64,000 nucleotides of DNA from NCBI GenBank assembly GCA_034677965.1, contig JAXDCM010000100.1, positions 5,115-69,114 of the forward strand. The letters are read 5' to 3'. A model generated the notes under the pieces. That model was not told where the DNA came from. It did no database searches and saw only the letters and a list, made by a program, of their open reading frames with translations. The position numbers were made by a program, and so were the translations under genes. Of this stretch, positions 1 to 9,014 are shown piece after piece. The DNA comes from Syntrophales bacterium. GTDB taxonomy: Bacteria; Desulfobacterota; Syntrophia; Syntrophales; UBA5619. Every line of letters starts with the position of its first letter. Within the stretch, counting starts at the first letter, position 1.

Positions 1-966
1 TACGATGCGCGGAAGTTCCACGAGGCGCTTCAATTCATGAGGATTGGCGGTTTGGATGTCCCGCTCGTGGGGAACATCTACGTGCTTACCTTCGGAGCGG
101 CCAAACTGATGAATCAAAACCGGATCCCCGGATGCGTCGTTACGGACAAACTCCTGACGGCGCTGGACCGGGAGAGGACCGAGCCGGATAAAGGTGTAAA
201 GGCGCGATTGCTCCGCGCCGCCCGGATGTACGCCTTCATGAAGGGGATGGGGTTCAGCGGCGTCCACATCGGCGGACACAACCTGAAATATGAAGAGGTC
301 GAAGAGATCATCGCCCGGGGGGAATCCCTCGCCCCCGTCTGGCAGGAGCTGATCGCCCATTTCAATTACCCGCAGCCGGACGGATTCTACCTCTACGAGA
401 AGGATCCGGGGACGGGTCTCAATACAGAGGTCCTGACGGAGAGAAAGGGAAGAACCCTCGATGCGCCGGTCGGCCTCTCCTATCGGAATTCCAGGTTCTT
501 CCACCGGCTGATGTTCGAGCCCGAAAAGAAGCTTTTCGGTGCAATGCGCTGGGTTTGCCGGTCTGTGAAAGGGACAAGAATCGAGGGCCTTTTTCACAAA
601 TTGGAGCATCTTTCGAAGGTCCTGCTGTTCGACTGCAAGGACTGCGGGGATTGCGCGCTGACGGATGTGGCCTACAACTGCCCTATGTCCCGATGCCCGA
701 AGCATCAGCGAAACGGGGCCTGCGGCGGCAGTTTCAACGGCTGGTGCGAGGTCCACCCGGGCAAGAGGCGCTGCATTTATGTCGAAGCGTATGCAAGATT
801 GAAGCATTACGGGGAGGAGTCGCGTCTGGACGATGCGCCCGTTCCTCCCTGCAACTGGGATTTTTATCAGACCTCCTCCTGGATCAACTTCTACCTGGGG
901 TACGATCACACGGCCCGCAGGCTGCGGATTCCGGAGGTTGAGAAGAAAGGAGAATCAAGATGCTGA
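1..966 (+). CDS. methylenetetrahydrofolate reductase-like protein (5' end outside window) with C-terminal Cys-rich MetV/MTHFR_C-like domain
   Basis: Frame 1 is open from base 1, so the true start lies upstream of the window (the ORF track begins it at 37). The translation shows the distal part of a MetF-type barrel (GFSGVHIGGHN). A Cys-rich module follows (CKDCGDCALTDVAYNCPMSRCPKHQRNGACGG..WCEV). The stop overlaps the next gene's ATG. Confidence 0.75.
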   Translation, partial: YDARKFHEALQFMRIGGLDVPLVGNIYVLTFGAAKLMNQNRIPGCVVTDKLLTALDRERTEPDKGVKARLLRAARMYAFMKGMGFSGVHIGGHNLKYEEVEEIIARGESLAPVWQELIAHFNYPQPDGFYLYEKDPGTGLNTEVLTERKGRTLDAPVGLSYRNSRFFHRLMFEPEKKLFGAMRWVCRSVKGTRIEGLFHKLEHLSKVLLFDCKDCGDCALTDVAYNCPMSRCPKHQRNGACGGSFNGWCEVHPGKRRCIYVEAYARLKHYGEESRLDDAPVPPCNWDFYQTSSWINFYLGYDHTARRLRIPEVEKKGESRC

Positions 967-1754
967 TTATTGCCGAGAGGATCAATGCGTCCCGAAAGTC
1001 GATCGCCCAGGCCATTTCGGCCGCCGACCGGGCGTTCATCCAGGGGGAGGCCAAGACGCAGGCCGAGGCCGGCGCCCATTACATCGACGTCAATGCCGGC
1101 ACCTTCGTCGGGGAGGAGACGGAAAAACTCAAATGGATCGTCGAGGCGGTTCAGGAGGTGACCGATCTGCCCCTTTCCATCGACAGCCCCGATCCGGAGG
1201 TGATTCGGGCAATGCTGCCGCTGGTCAAAAAAGCGCCGATGATCAACTCCATCACGCTGGAGCCCGCGCGGCTTAAGGGAATCCTGCCGCTCGTTGTCGA
1301 AAACAAGACCAAAATCATCGCGCTGTGCCAGTCGGAGCAGGCGATGGCCGAGACGGCGGACGACAAGGTCAGGCTTGCGGGCCTGCTCGTCGAGCGGCTG
1401 ACCGGGGCCGGCGTTCCGCTGGACGACATCCACATCGATCCGCTGGTCTATCCGCTGTCGACCAATCCGAAGTCGGCCGCCGCCACGCTCGAGGCCATCC
1501 GCCGGATCATGATCGAATTCCCCGGCGTCCATACGGTCTGCGGCCTGACGAACGTCTCCTTCGGCCTTCCCGCGAGAAAATTGGTGAATCGGGCGTTCCT
1601 GGCGGCGGCGATCGCGATGGGGCTCGATTCGGCAATCATCGATCCGACGGACAAGCTCCTCTTCGCGATGCTCAAAGCCTCAACCGTGATCGCCGGCAAG
1701 GATGACTTCTGTATGGAGTATATCTGTGCATTCCGTGAAGGGCGGGTGGAATAG
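960..1754 (+). CDS. methyltetrahydrofolate:corrinoid methyltransferase (pterin-binding, MeTr/AcsE-like; MT II type)
   Basis: 264-aa ORF with AERINASRK, IDVNAG, SIDS and GLTNVSFGLP segments typical of DHPS-like pterin-binding methyltransferases. AAGGAG lies upstream of ATG 960. The start overlaps the upstream stop. Confidence 0.85.
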   Translation: MLIIAERINASRKSIAQAISAADRAFIQGEAKTQAEAGAHYIDVNAGTFVGEETEKLKWIVEAVQEVTDLPLSIDSPDPEVIRAMLPLVKKAPMINSITLEPARLKGILPLVVENKTKIIALCQSEQAMAETADDKVRLAGLLVERLTGAGVPLDDIHIDPLVYPLSTNPKSAAATLEAIRRIMIEFPGVHTVCGLTNVSFGLPARKLVNRAFLAAAIAMGLDSAIIDPTDKLLFAMLKASTVIAGKDDFCMEYICAFREGRVE

Positions 1755-1768
1755 CGGAGGGTCGGAGA

Positions 1769-3103
1769 TCAGTCAACGTTCTGTTCGATTGACTGCTTTC
1801 GGTATTCCGTCGGGGAGATCCCCTCTTTTTTCTTAAAAACCTTGGAGAAGTGGCTGGGGTCCTGGTATCCGACTTCGAGGCAGATCTGCAACATGCTCAA
1901 CTCCCTTTGAATGAGCAGTTTTTTCGCGATCGAAATCCGGACGGAGGTGAGGTAGTCGAGGAAGGAGATTCCCATCTCTTCCCGAAACAGATGGCTGAGA
2001 TAGTAGGAATTGACTCCGACGGCCAGGGCCGTTTTTTTTAAGGAGATCTCCTCGCTGTAATGCCCCCAGATATATTCCTTGGCTTTGATGAAAAGACGGG
2101 TATGACGGATGTTCCGATTTTGATAGATGCACTCGAAGAGTTGGTCGAAGGCCTTTTTCAAGAAATAATAAAGGGTTTCCTGTGAGTCGTCCTGAGACAG
2201 GTTCTGGACATACTGGTATTTGAACCCGAGGATCTCCTCCAGGTTGGCGCCCGCCTCCACCGCCGCCCGCGCAATGATGAAAATGATCTCCAGGGCCCTG
2301 GCTTTCAGGATCCCAATATGTTCATGGCTTCGGAACAGCGTCGTTCCGAGAAGATCGTCCAGCAATTCCTTTGCCCCTTTTCGATCCCCCATTTTGATGA
2401 GCTCGATCAGTTCTTTTTCCTTGTAAAGATTCCCCCTTGCATGAAGATCGGACAGGACGACCGTCGGTTCGGCGGGTGTCTGCTGTTTGCTGATGTAAAG
2501 TTTTTCCGCCAACTGCGCCTGCTGCTCATTGATTTCATGTTCCCTTTGCAGGGACATCGAGTCCATGTTGGAGAAGTAATTGGCGATCATGAACAGAAGA
2601 TCGGCTGCGGCCTGAACCTGGCGTTCCGGAAATACGGGAATTTCCGCAAGACTTTGCCTGAGCGATTCCCCGTCGTTCGGCAAAAGCTCTTTTGCTTTGT
2701 CGACAATGCTCTGCTCGAGCAGCGGATTGAGCGGTCTGAGGAGTATCGGACCGCAAACAAAGGCGGAGAGGGGCTTCCGCCGCTGGAAAAGCGGTGCGGT
2801 GAATTCGATCATGTCCATGTGACATTGAAAGATATAGGGCTCTCCCGTTTTGATCGACATCCGGATGGCGCGATTGATTTCGTTGAGACAGTTTTCCCGC
2901 CCCAGTGAACAGCTCCTGATAGCTTGACAAAACGGGTGGCCTTTCCCTTCGATCGATCCGATTTCCTCCAATCCTTGCAACGGGAAGAGGCGGGCCTGCA
3001 TTTTGGTGGCCTGTTGAAAAGAGTCGATGATTCGCGAGAAGAGATGGTTTTCAGACAGCTCGAAGCCCGATATCCGGAGAGGGATTTCCTGATTCGAAAG
3101 CAT
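1769..3103 (-). CDS. PocR sensory domain / AraC-family HTH transcriptional regulator
   Basis: The N-terminal half has a PocR-like Cys/His pattern (HPFCQAIRS..GRENCLNE..IFQCHMDMIEFTAPL). The C-terminus has the AraC double HTH (LKKTALAVGVNSYYLSHLFREEMG..YQDPSHFSKVFKK). The start may be internal, because the first 53 nt overlap the upstream gene. Confidence 0.85.
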   Translation of the reverse strand: MLSNQEIPLRISGFELSENHLFSRIIDSFQQATKMQARLFPLQGLEEIGSIEGKGHPFCQAIRSCSLGRENCLNEINRAIRMSIKTGEPYIFQCHMDMIEFTAPLFQRRKPLSAFVCGPILLRPLNPLLEQSIVDKAKELLPNDGESLRQSLAEIPVFPERQVQAAADLLFMIANYFSNMDSMSLQREHEINEQQAQLAEKLYISKQQTPAEPTVVLSDLHARGNLYKEKELIELIKMGDRKGAKELLDDLLGTTLFRSHEHIGILKARALEIIFIIARAAVEAGANLEEILGFKYQYVQNLSQDDSQETLYYFLKKAFDQLFECIYQNRNIRHTRLFIKAKEYIWGHYSEEISLKKTALAVGVNSYYLSHLFREEMGISFLDYLTSVRISIAKKLLIQRELSMLQICLEVGYQDPSHFSKVFKKKEGISPTEYRKQSIEQNVD

Positions 3104-3776
3104 TCTTGATTCTCCCCCCTTTCATTCCGACCAATAACGCCTTCGCCTTGCTCACGCCATCCATCGCATCCATCCCGAATCCGTCCGCCCCGATGCTGTC
3201 GGCATACTCCTGGGTGATGGGCGCGCCGCCGACAAGGGTGCGGACATTTCCTTTGAGACCGGCTTTCTTCAACGCGATCAGTGTGTCTTCCATGGCGTGC
3301 ATCGTGAGGGTGTACAGACAGGAGAGCAGCAGCAAATCCGGTTTTTCCTTCCGGACGGCCTTGATAAAATTTTCAGGCGTAACATCAATTCCGAGATCAA
3401 CAACATCGAATCCGTTTGCCTGCATGAACATGAGGACAATGTTTTTGCCGATGTCGTGGACATCCCCGCTCACGGTTCCCGCCAATGCTTTTCCGACAAA
3501 GCGTGGTTGTGCCACCTTCAGTGAGGGCTGCAGGATGCCGAGGGAAAGCTTCGTTGCAATGGCAGAGATCAGCACATTCGGGATAAAGTATTCGAAGGTC
3601 TTCCATTTATCTCCTACGATTTCCATCCCGTGCAGGATTCCCTTTTCAATGATCATTGATGGGGCAAGGCCCTCCCGGAGACATTTTTCGGTGAGGGCGA
3701 CGGCTCTTTGGATATCCCCCTTCACAATCGCGCATTCCAACTGATGGATGAAGTTCATGGGATTCAGCGGATCCAA
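3051..3776 (-). CDS. corrinoid (B12-binding) protein 1
   Basis: B12-binding cap plus Rossmann domain with the DxHxxG motif (GDVHDIGKNIV) and LVGGAPIT. The start is ambiguous (TTG 3776 or ATG 3758). A C-terminal tail runs into the PocR regulator ORF. Confidence 0.85.
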   Translation of the reverse strand: MDPLNPMNFIHQLECAIVKGDIQRAVALTEKCLREGLAPSMIIEKGILHGMEIVGDKWKTFEYFIPNVLISAIATKLSLGILQPSLKVAQPRFVGKALAGTVSGDVHDIGKNIVLMFMQANGFDVVDLGIDVTPENFIKAVRKEKPDLLLLSCLYTLTMHAMEDTLIALKKAGLKGNVRTLVGGAPITQEYADSIGADGFGMDAMDGVSKAKALLVGMKGGRIKNAFESGNPSPDIGLRAV

Positions 3777-3911
3777 CCTTTCTTGTGCAGTGTGTGTTAC
3801 CTTATCCTATCCGCTCGAACAGTGAAAGCGGAAGAGGGACAAGCCCGGTTCGTATTTCAAAGAGTCCGCAACGGCTCATCGCGGAGGTTTCCGAAATGAT
3901 CACGTCGGACA

Positions 3912-4379
3912 TCAGATTTGTCGGTAACGGGAGATGCGGCGATGAATTTTCCACTTCATTTTCTGGAGCAGAAACCAGAAGTAGATCTCCTGGGGAAGGT
4001 TGGTACGGGACTTTTTCAAAGCCCGGATTCCCCGTTTCGCGGAGGCCAACGCCTCGGACGGACGGCCTGCGTCCAGATGCAGGTTGCTCAGCCGCAGATA
4101 GGTAAAGGGGGTGAGCGCCCCCTCTTGCGCACTTCTGTCGTAGCTGTCCAATGCACGCCGCAGATCCCCGATCGTTTCGTACAGGATCCCCATCTTGTTG
4201 TAAATCAGGACACGACCGGCGCTCTTGGGTGGGTAGTTCTTCAAGGCCTGGTGAAAGTAGCCCTCGGCCTCGTCAAAACGGCCTTCGTTGAACCGTTTTT
4301 GACCCAGCATCACCGGAGCGAGAGCCTCCATGGTTTCATCGGAAATGGTGGTTTTCGGGATCAGATCGTGCCAGCCCAT
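3912..4379 (-). CDS. small TPR-repeat protein
   Basis: 155-aa ORF with TPR-like helical repeats (AEGYFHQALKNYP, YNKMGILYETIGDLRRALDSYDRS, NLHLDAGRPSEALASAKRG). No clear SD, so the start is uncertain. Confidence 0.5.
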   Translation of the reverse strand: MGWHDLIPKTTISDETMEALAPVMLGQKRFNEGRFDEAEGYFHQALKNYPPKSAGRVLIYNKMGILYETIGDLRRALDSYDRSAQEGALTPFTYLRLSNLHLDAGRPSEALASAKRGIRALKKSRTNLPQEIYFWFLLQKMKWKIHRRISRYRQI

Positions 4380-4538
4380 ACGTTGTGCTCGTCATTCTTT
4401 GTTTGATTGCCGTATTTCCACCCGTTGCCCGGGACGTTGACCGGCAAGGGACTCCCCCCTTGTTGCCGGGAAAACAGCGCTAAGGAGGGAGTCCGCATCC
4501 GACCTGTGGAGTTGGTACGCACTTTCAACCCATCCCAT

Positions 4539-5894
4539 TCATTCATCCACTTCCACGACAGGCACCCGCCACAAGGCCAGCATGATGGTGCCGGCCACCA
4601 GTGCGGCGATGATCCAGTACCAGAAGGCGGCGGTCCAGCTGTAGTTGTCCACCAGCCATCCGGTGAAAATGCCGGTCATCGCGGCGCCGAGGTAGCCGAA
4701 ACCGTCAATGAAGCCTGCGGCCGAAGCCGCGGCTTTGCGACCGGCGAAGTCCTGCGCCGCATGTCCCACCATCAGCACGTGGGCACCGTAAGTGCAGAAC
4801 CCGATCACGGCCAGGTAGATCAGGCTCAGCACCCATGCCCCCTCAGGCGCATAGTAGAACAGATAGGAGAAGATGGCCAGACCGAAGAGACAGAGACAGA
4901 TCACCGGGGCCCGGCGATTTTGAAAGAATTTACCGGTGGCCCATCCGCAAAAGATGGAGCCGCACGAACCGGCGATGGGCAAAACGGCCACCGAAATGCC
5001 GGCACTGCTGATCGAGGCCCCCTGGACTTCAATCAAGAAAACCGGCGCCCAGTAGAAGAAACCGTAGCGGATGATGTCCAGTCCGAAGAACGCGATGGAA
5101 ACGCCCCAGATGCGCGGGTTGGTCAGGCATGTCTTGACCGTATAGCCGAACCCCATGTGCTTGTCCTCGGTGACACGGCAAACCGGAGCGGATGTGGGGT
5201 CGAGCGTTTTGGGTTCGGGGGCTTCACCAGCGGCGATCTTCCGAAGCTGTTCGATCGGCGGAAGCCCGACCTCCTCCGGCGCGTTGCGTAGGCGGATCAC
5301 GAAGTGGATCGAGGAGATGAGGAAGATGATGGCCGGCACCCAGAAGAGGGCGCGCCAGGTGTAGTTCGCTGCCAGATAGGAGGCCAGCAGCCAGGCGACC
5401 GCGTTTCCGATCTGGTAGCAGGAACCCATCAGGCCCATCCATTTCCCGCGCTGGGACACGGTGAACCAGTTGGCCATGGTCTTGACCTGGGGCGACCATC
5501 CCATGGACTGGAAGTAGCCGTTCAGGCCCCAGACGACCAGCATGAAGCCGAACGCGGTGGAAAAACTGAAAATGATGTTGAGCAAGGCCGAACCCACCAT
5601 TCCCACGAAGACGAGCTTGCGGGCCCCGTATTTGTCGCCCAACTGGCCGTTGACGAACTGGCCCAGCGAATACATGATGAAAAGGGCCGTGCCCAGCAGG
5701 CCCAGAAGGGTTTTGGAGTATCCGAACTCGTCGGAGAGGCCGGGCAGCGCAAAGGATATGTTGGCGCGGCACAGGTAGTATGAAGCATAGGTGAACCAGA
5801 TGGTGATGAAGATCCTGATTTGCCAGCTCTTCCAGGCGGAAAGGATATCCGTTTTACTCATTTTGCCGACATCGTATTGCGTCAATGTGCTCAT
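4539..5894 (-). CDS. MFS transporter, organophosphate:phosphate antiporter (GlpT/UhpC)-like
   Basis: 451 aa with about 12 hydrophobic spans. The N-terminal region (WQIRIFITIWFTYASYYLCRANISFALP..GQLGDKYGARK) resembles the OPA family of the MFS. Confidence 0.8.
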   Translation of the reverse strand: MSTLTQYDVGKMSKTDILSAWKSWQIRIFITIWFTYASYYLCRANISFALPGLSDEFGYSKTLLGLLGTALFIMYSLGQFVNGQLGDKYGARKLVFVGMVGSALLNIIFSFSTAFGFMLVVWGLNGYFQSMGWSPQVKTMANWFTVSQRGKWMGLMGSCYQIGNAVAWLLASYLAANYTWRALFWVPAIIFLISSIHFVIRLRNAPEEVGLPPIEQLRKIAAGEAPEPKTLDPTSAPVCRVTEDKHMGFGYTVKTCLTNPRIWGVSIAFFGLDIIRYGFFYWAPVFLIEVQGASISSAGISVAVLPIAGSCGSIFCGWATGKFFQNRRAPVICLCLFGLAIFSYLFYYAPEGAWVLSLIYLAVIGFCTYGAHVLMVGHAAQDFAGRKAAASAAGFIDGFGYLGAAMTGIFTGWLVDNYSWTAAFWYWIIAALVAGTIMLALWRVPVVEVDE

Positions 5895-5963
5895 AGATCT
5901 CCCTCCATATGCTTTCCCGAATCGGGTGGTTTGAGGATCCTTTCTGTCAATTCCGTCGAGGGT

Positions 5964-6443
5964 TTATCTGAGCTTACCCTGCAGAATGAGCTTGGGTTTG
6001 TCCTTTGCCACCAGAGCCCCCAAGGCTGCCTTTACCCCCACCGGATTAGGCATGGGTTTGCCGCCTGGATTGAGATAGATTCCCGCCGTCACAAAGCGCT
6101 TATAGATGTTCTTTTTGATCGTTCCCTTGAAATCCACTTCTCCCTTCTCGTTGACCGTGAGAACATGGGGCGCTTCGCCGATGCCTTCGAACATCAGGCT
6201 TTTCTCATTGACGAAGAAAGCGGTGTAGACGCCCTTGGGATCCAGTCCGGTGATCCGGATGGCGACATCGACGCCGCTGGCGGTGTTGATCGTGAGCGTG
6301 CCCTTTGCCTCCCCCTTGACCCCCTTGACCTGAACGAGAGCTATCTCCTTCAGGTCGCCCGATTTGGGCGGGTCTGCGGCCAGGGTCAGACCAACCCAGA
6401 CCAGCGCCAGTGCCGCGATCAAAATGATGGTGATCTTTTTCAT
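5964..6443 (-). CDS. secreted hypothetical protein (signal peptide, beta-rich)
   Basis: ATG 6443 is preceded by GGGAGG. The N-terminus MKKITIILIAALALVWVGLTLAA looks like a signal peptide. The ORF-track start at 6554 adds 37 residues with no SD. Confidence 0.6.
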   Translation of the reverse strand: MKKITIILIAALALVWVGLTLAADPPKSGDLKEIALVQVKGVKGEAKGTLTINTASGVDVAIRITGLDPKGVYTAFFVNEKSLMFEGIGEAPHVLTVNEKGEVDFKGTIKKNIYKRFVTAGIYLNPGGKPMPNPVGVKAALGALVAKDKPKLILQGKLR

Positions 6444-6614
6444 AACGACACCTCCCTTTCTAAAAAATGGATATTGCCCTATCTCCTGCCATTTTTTCGG
6501 CATCCATCGTTCCGGAATGAAATCGCCCCATTCCATCAGATCCTGCACCGCCAAGCGATCGAACGGAAAAGCCCCGGGTCAAGACGCCGTTTTCGCGTCC
6601 GGTTTAACCGGTCA

Positions 6615-7775
6615 TCAATAAACCCCATATTCGTGATAGGCCTCGAACAGAGCCGCCACATTCTCGATTGCGGTGTCCGCCTGGATATTGTGGGACGTTC
6701 CGAAAATGTAGCCACCCCCGGCCTTGCCGTTGTCCGCGGCGTACTTCACCATTTTTTTCACATCCGCCGGCGTGCCGAGCGGGAGCACCTGCTGGATGTC
6801 CATGCCGCCCTGGAAGGAGAGGTGCTTGCCGAATTCCTTTTTCAATCGTTTGATGTCCATGTTGGTGGCCTGGGGCTGCAGAGACTGGAGGCAATCCAGA
6901 CCGTTTTCAATAAACTGGGGGATGAGGGCGTAGACGTCCCCGCAGGTATGGTACATCACCTTCAGACCGTATTTATGGGCGATATCGCAGTATTTTCTGA
7001 ACCCGTCGGCGAAATACCGCTTCCACATGCCTGGACTCACGAGAGGTCCGCTCTGGCCTCCCATGTCATCGCCCATCATGAACATGTCCATCTCTTCGGC
7101 ACCGGCCTCGAAAACCTTTGGGTTGTAGTTTACGAAATAGTTGACAATATGATCGCGGATGCACTCGACGATTTTTGGGTTCGCGGCGAGGTCAATAAAG
7201 GTCTGCTGAATGCCCCGCATGTACATCATCGGCTTCAGTTGAGCCGTTCGGTCCAGCCGGTCGCCCTTGTTGAGGACGAAATACTGCGGGTGCCATTTGG
7301 CGCAGTCCTCCTTCACCTTTGAATAATCCCACCAGTCGGGGGAGGGCCAACGGGTATAGGAATTGATTTCCTCGACGGTTGTCATATGCTCCAACGGCGA
7401 CCAGGACACTTCCTTGAATGTCCCCTCGTGAGGCGTGCCCTTCCCGTAGGTCACGACTTTTCGCCTGACTCCCCAAAGGTCCTCCACCGTCCCGTCGTCG
7501 TACTTCTTGAATTCCTGACCTACGTAACTGGCCCCGTAGTTGTCGCGGACATCCACACCCAAAAACTTCAGAAGCTCTTCCTCATTCTCGCATCCCCAGT
7601 ATGCCATGCACCGCTGCTTGATCTCGGGTACCATCCAGTTGTCGATGGGAATGCGATCCGGTTCCTCGAAGTTGATTGCTTTACGGGTCCTCTGGCGGGA
7701 CGTCATTTTTTCATTCTTCGCCCGGAGTTCATTGATTCGATATCTCCGATCCTTGTAGATTTTATCCTCATTCAT
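6615..7775 (-). CDS. uroporphyrinogen decarboxylase (URO-D) family methyltransferase (MtaA/O-demethylase MT I-like)
   Basis: 386-aa ORF with URO-D/MT2-type segments (MGDDMGGQSGPLVSP, YHTCGD, IFGTSHNI). This family contains corrinoid-dependent methyltransferases. Confidence 0.8.
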   Translation of the reverse strand: MNEDKIYKDRRYRINELRAKNEKMTSRQRTRKAINFEEPDRIPIDNWMVPEIKQRCMAYWGCENEEELLKFLGVDVRDNYGASYVGQEFKKYDDGTVEDLWGVRRKVVTYGKGTPHEGTFKEVSWSPLEHMTTVEEINSYTRWPSPDWWDYSKVKEDCAKWHPQYFVLNKGDRLDRTAQLKPMMYMRGIQQTFIDLAANPKIVECIRDHIVNYFVNYNPKVFEAGAEEMDMFMMGDDMGGQSGPLVSPGMWKRYFADGFRKYCDIAHKYGLKVMYHTCGDVYALIPQFIENGLDCLQSLQPQATNMDIKRLKKEFGKHLSFQGGMDIQQVLPLGTPADVKKMVKYAADNGKAGGGYIFGTSHNIQADTAIENVAALFEAYHEYGVY

Positions 7776-7837
7776 GTCCTGCCTCCTTTTCAGTGAGCCT
7801 GGTGTTGGAAGGGTATCGTGAACCCTCGCGACATTGG

Positions 7838-8479
7838 CTATTTCGCCTGAATCAGGCTTCTTGCCATTTTAGCCGCCCGGGGCGCGTCCGGCGCATACCC
7901 GTCCGCGCCGATCAGGTTGCAGAAGGCCTGATCGATGGGGGCGCCCCCGACCAGGACCTTGATTTTATCCCGGATTCCCTGGTCTTTCAAGGCCTGGATG
8001 ACGTCCTTCATGGCCAGTCGGGTCGGCGTGTAGAGAGAGGAGAGGGCCAAGATGTCGGCTTCCTGGTATTTTGCTTCTTTCAAGAAACTGGCGGTGGAGA
8101 CGTTGACTCCGAGGTCAATCACTTTGAAGCCCGCTCCTTCCAGCACCATCGCGACGATATTTTTGCCGACGTCGTGAACGTCTCCCGCCACAGTGCCGAT
8201 CACAATGGTTCCCAGGGGCTTGTGCAGGGTTCCCTCTGACATTTTGGGCCGAAGAACCGCAAGGGCCTCCTGTGCTGCTATGGCGGCAATCATGAGTTCC
8301 GGGACGAATGCCTCGAATTTAGAGTATTTCTCTCCGATGGCGTCCAGTCCCGGAACGAGCCCCTCACTGACTATCCGGTCAGCGCTGATGTTATCGCCAA
8401 GGAGCTTTTGAACCAGCGGTTTGATTTCTTTTTTATTCCCTTTCTCCACGTACTCGGCCAATTGTTTTAACGTAGACAT
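7838..8479 (-). CDS. corrinoid (B12-binding) protein 2
   Basis: DxHxxG motif GDVHDVGKNIV, SSLYT and LVGGAPI. ATG 8479 (MSTLKQLAEYVEKG) is preceded by GGGAGGT. Confidence 0.9.
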   Translation of the reverse strand: MSTLKQLAEYVEKGNKKEIKPLVQKLLGDNISADRIVSEGLVPGLDAIGEKYSKFEAFVPELMIAAIAAQEALAVLRPKMSEGTLHKPLGTIVIGTVAGDVHDVGKNIVAMVLEGAGFKVIDLGVNVSTASFLKEAKYQEADILALSSLYTPTRLAMKDVIQALKDQGIRDKIKVLVGGAPIDQAFCNLIGADGYAPDAPRAAKMARSLIQAK

Positions 8480-9014
8480 TCCAGCACCTCCCTTGAATAA
8501 TTGATAAGGATCATCCACATTGACCCGTTTCCTTAAGCATTTGCGGCCGCCGACGCCATTCTTTCCATAGCCCGTCGGCCTGCTTTTTTCTCACCTCCTT
8601 CCCGATATTCCATTTCCACAAAAGTGGTTTCAGGGATCAACGGCTTTACACGGGAACGGGCCCCGCTGCCGCAAGAATGACGGTTGGTCGAGTTTTACAC
8701 GAAAGCCGAAGTATTGTGATGATCTGCTGGATCCGAAATTGGCCTATATGAGAAAAAAATGGGGCTGTCTATGGAAATTTTGTGAAGATTAAGGCGATAT
8801 TGCGAAAAAAAGGAAAGCAATCGGTCAAAGAATGGTTGAAGGATCTGCGGACCCCGCTAAAAAGTGCCTGGATATTTCTGCCACAAGCAAGACCGGGCCA
8901 TCATGAAAAATCTCTGCTTCTCGGTCAGGGCGAAACGTGCAATCAGGAATGGCTCGATTAGGCTTTGCCCGGTATAAAAATTTGGGGACGGATTTGAAAT
9001 CCTCCTCCATATTT

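Noticed and set aside
8887-8900. Minus-strand sigma-54-like motif TGGCCC-GGTC-TTGC
   Set aside because: The spacer is one nucleotide too short (second G to C is 11 nt, not 12). The motif also lies about 400 nt upstream of the nearest start codon.
8480-9014. Cobalamin riboswitch upstream of corrinoid protein 2
   Set aside because: I looked on both strands for a B12-box-like GCCACTG core and the surrounding conserved GC-rich helices. I found neither (only GCCACAAG at about 8881). It cannot be excluded without a covariance-model scan.
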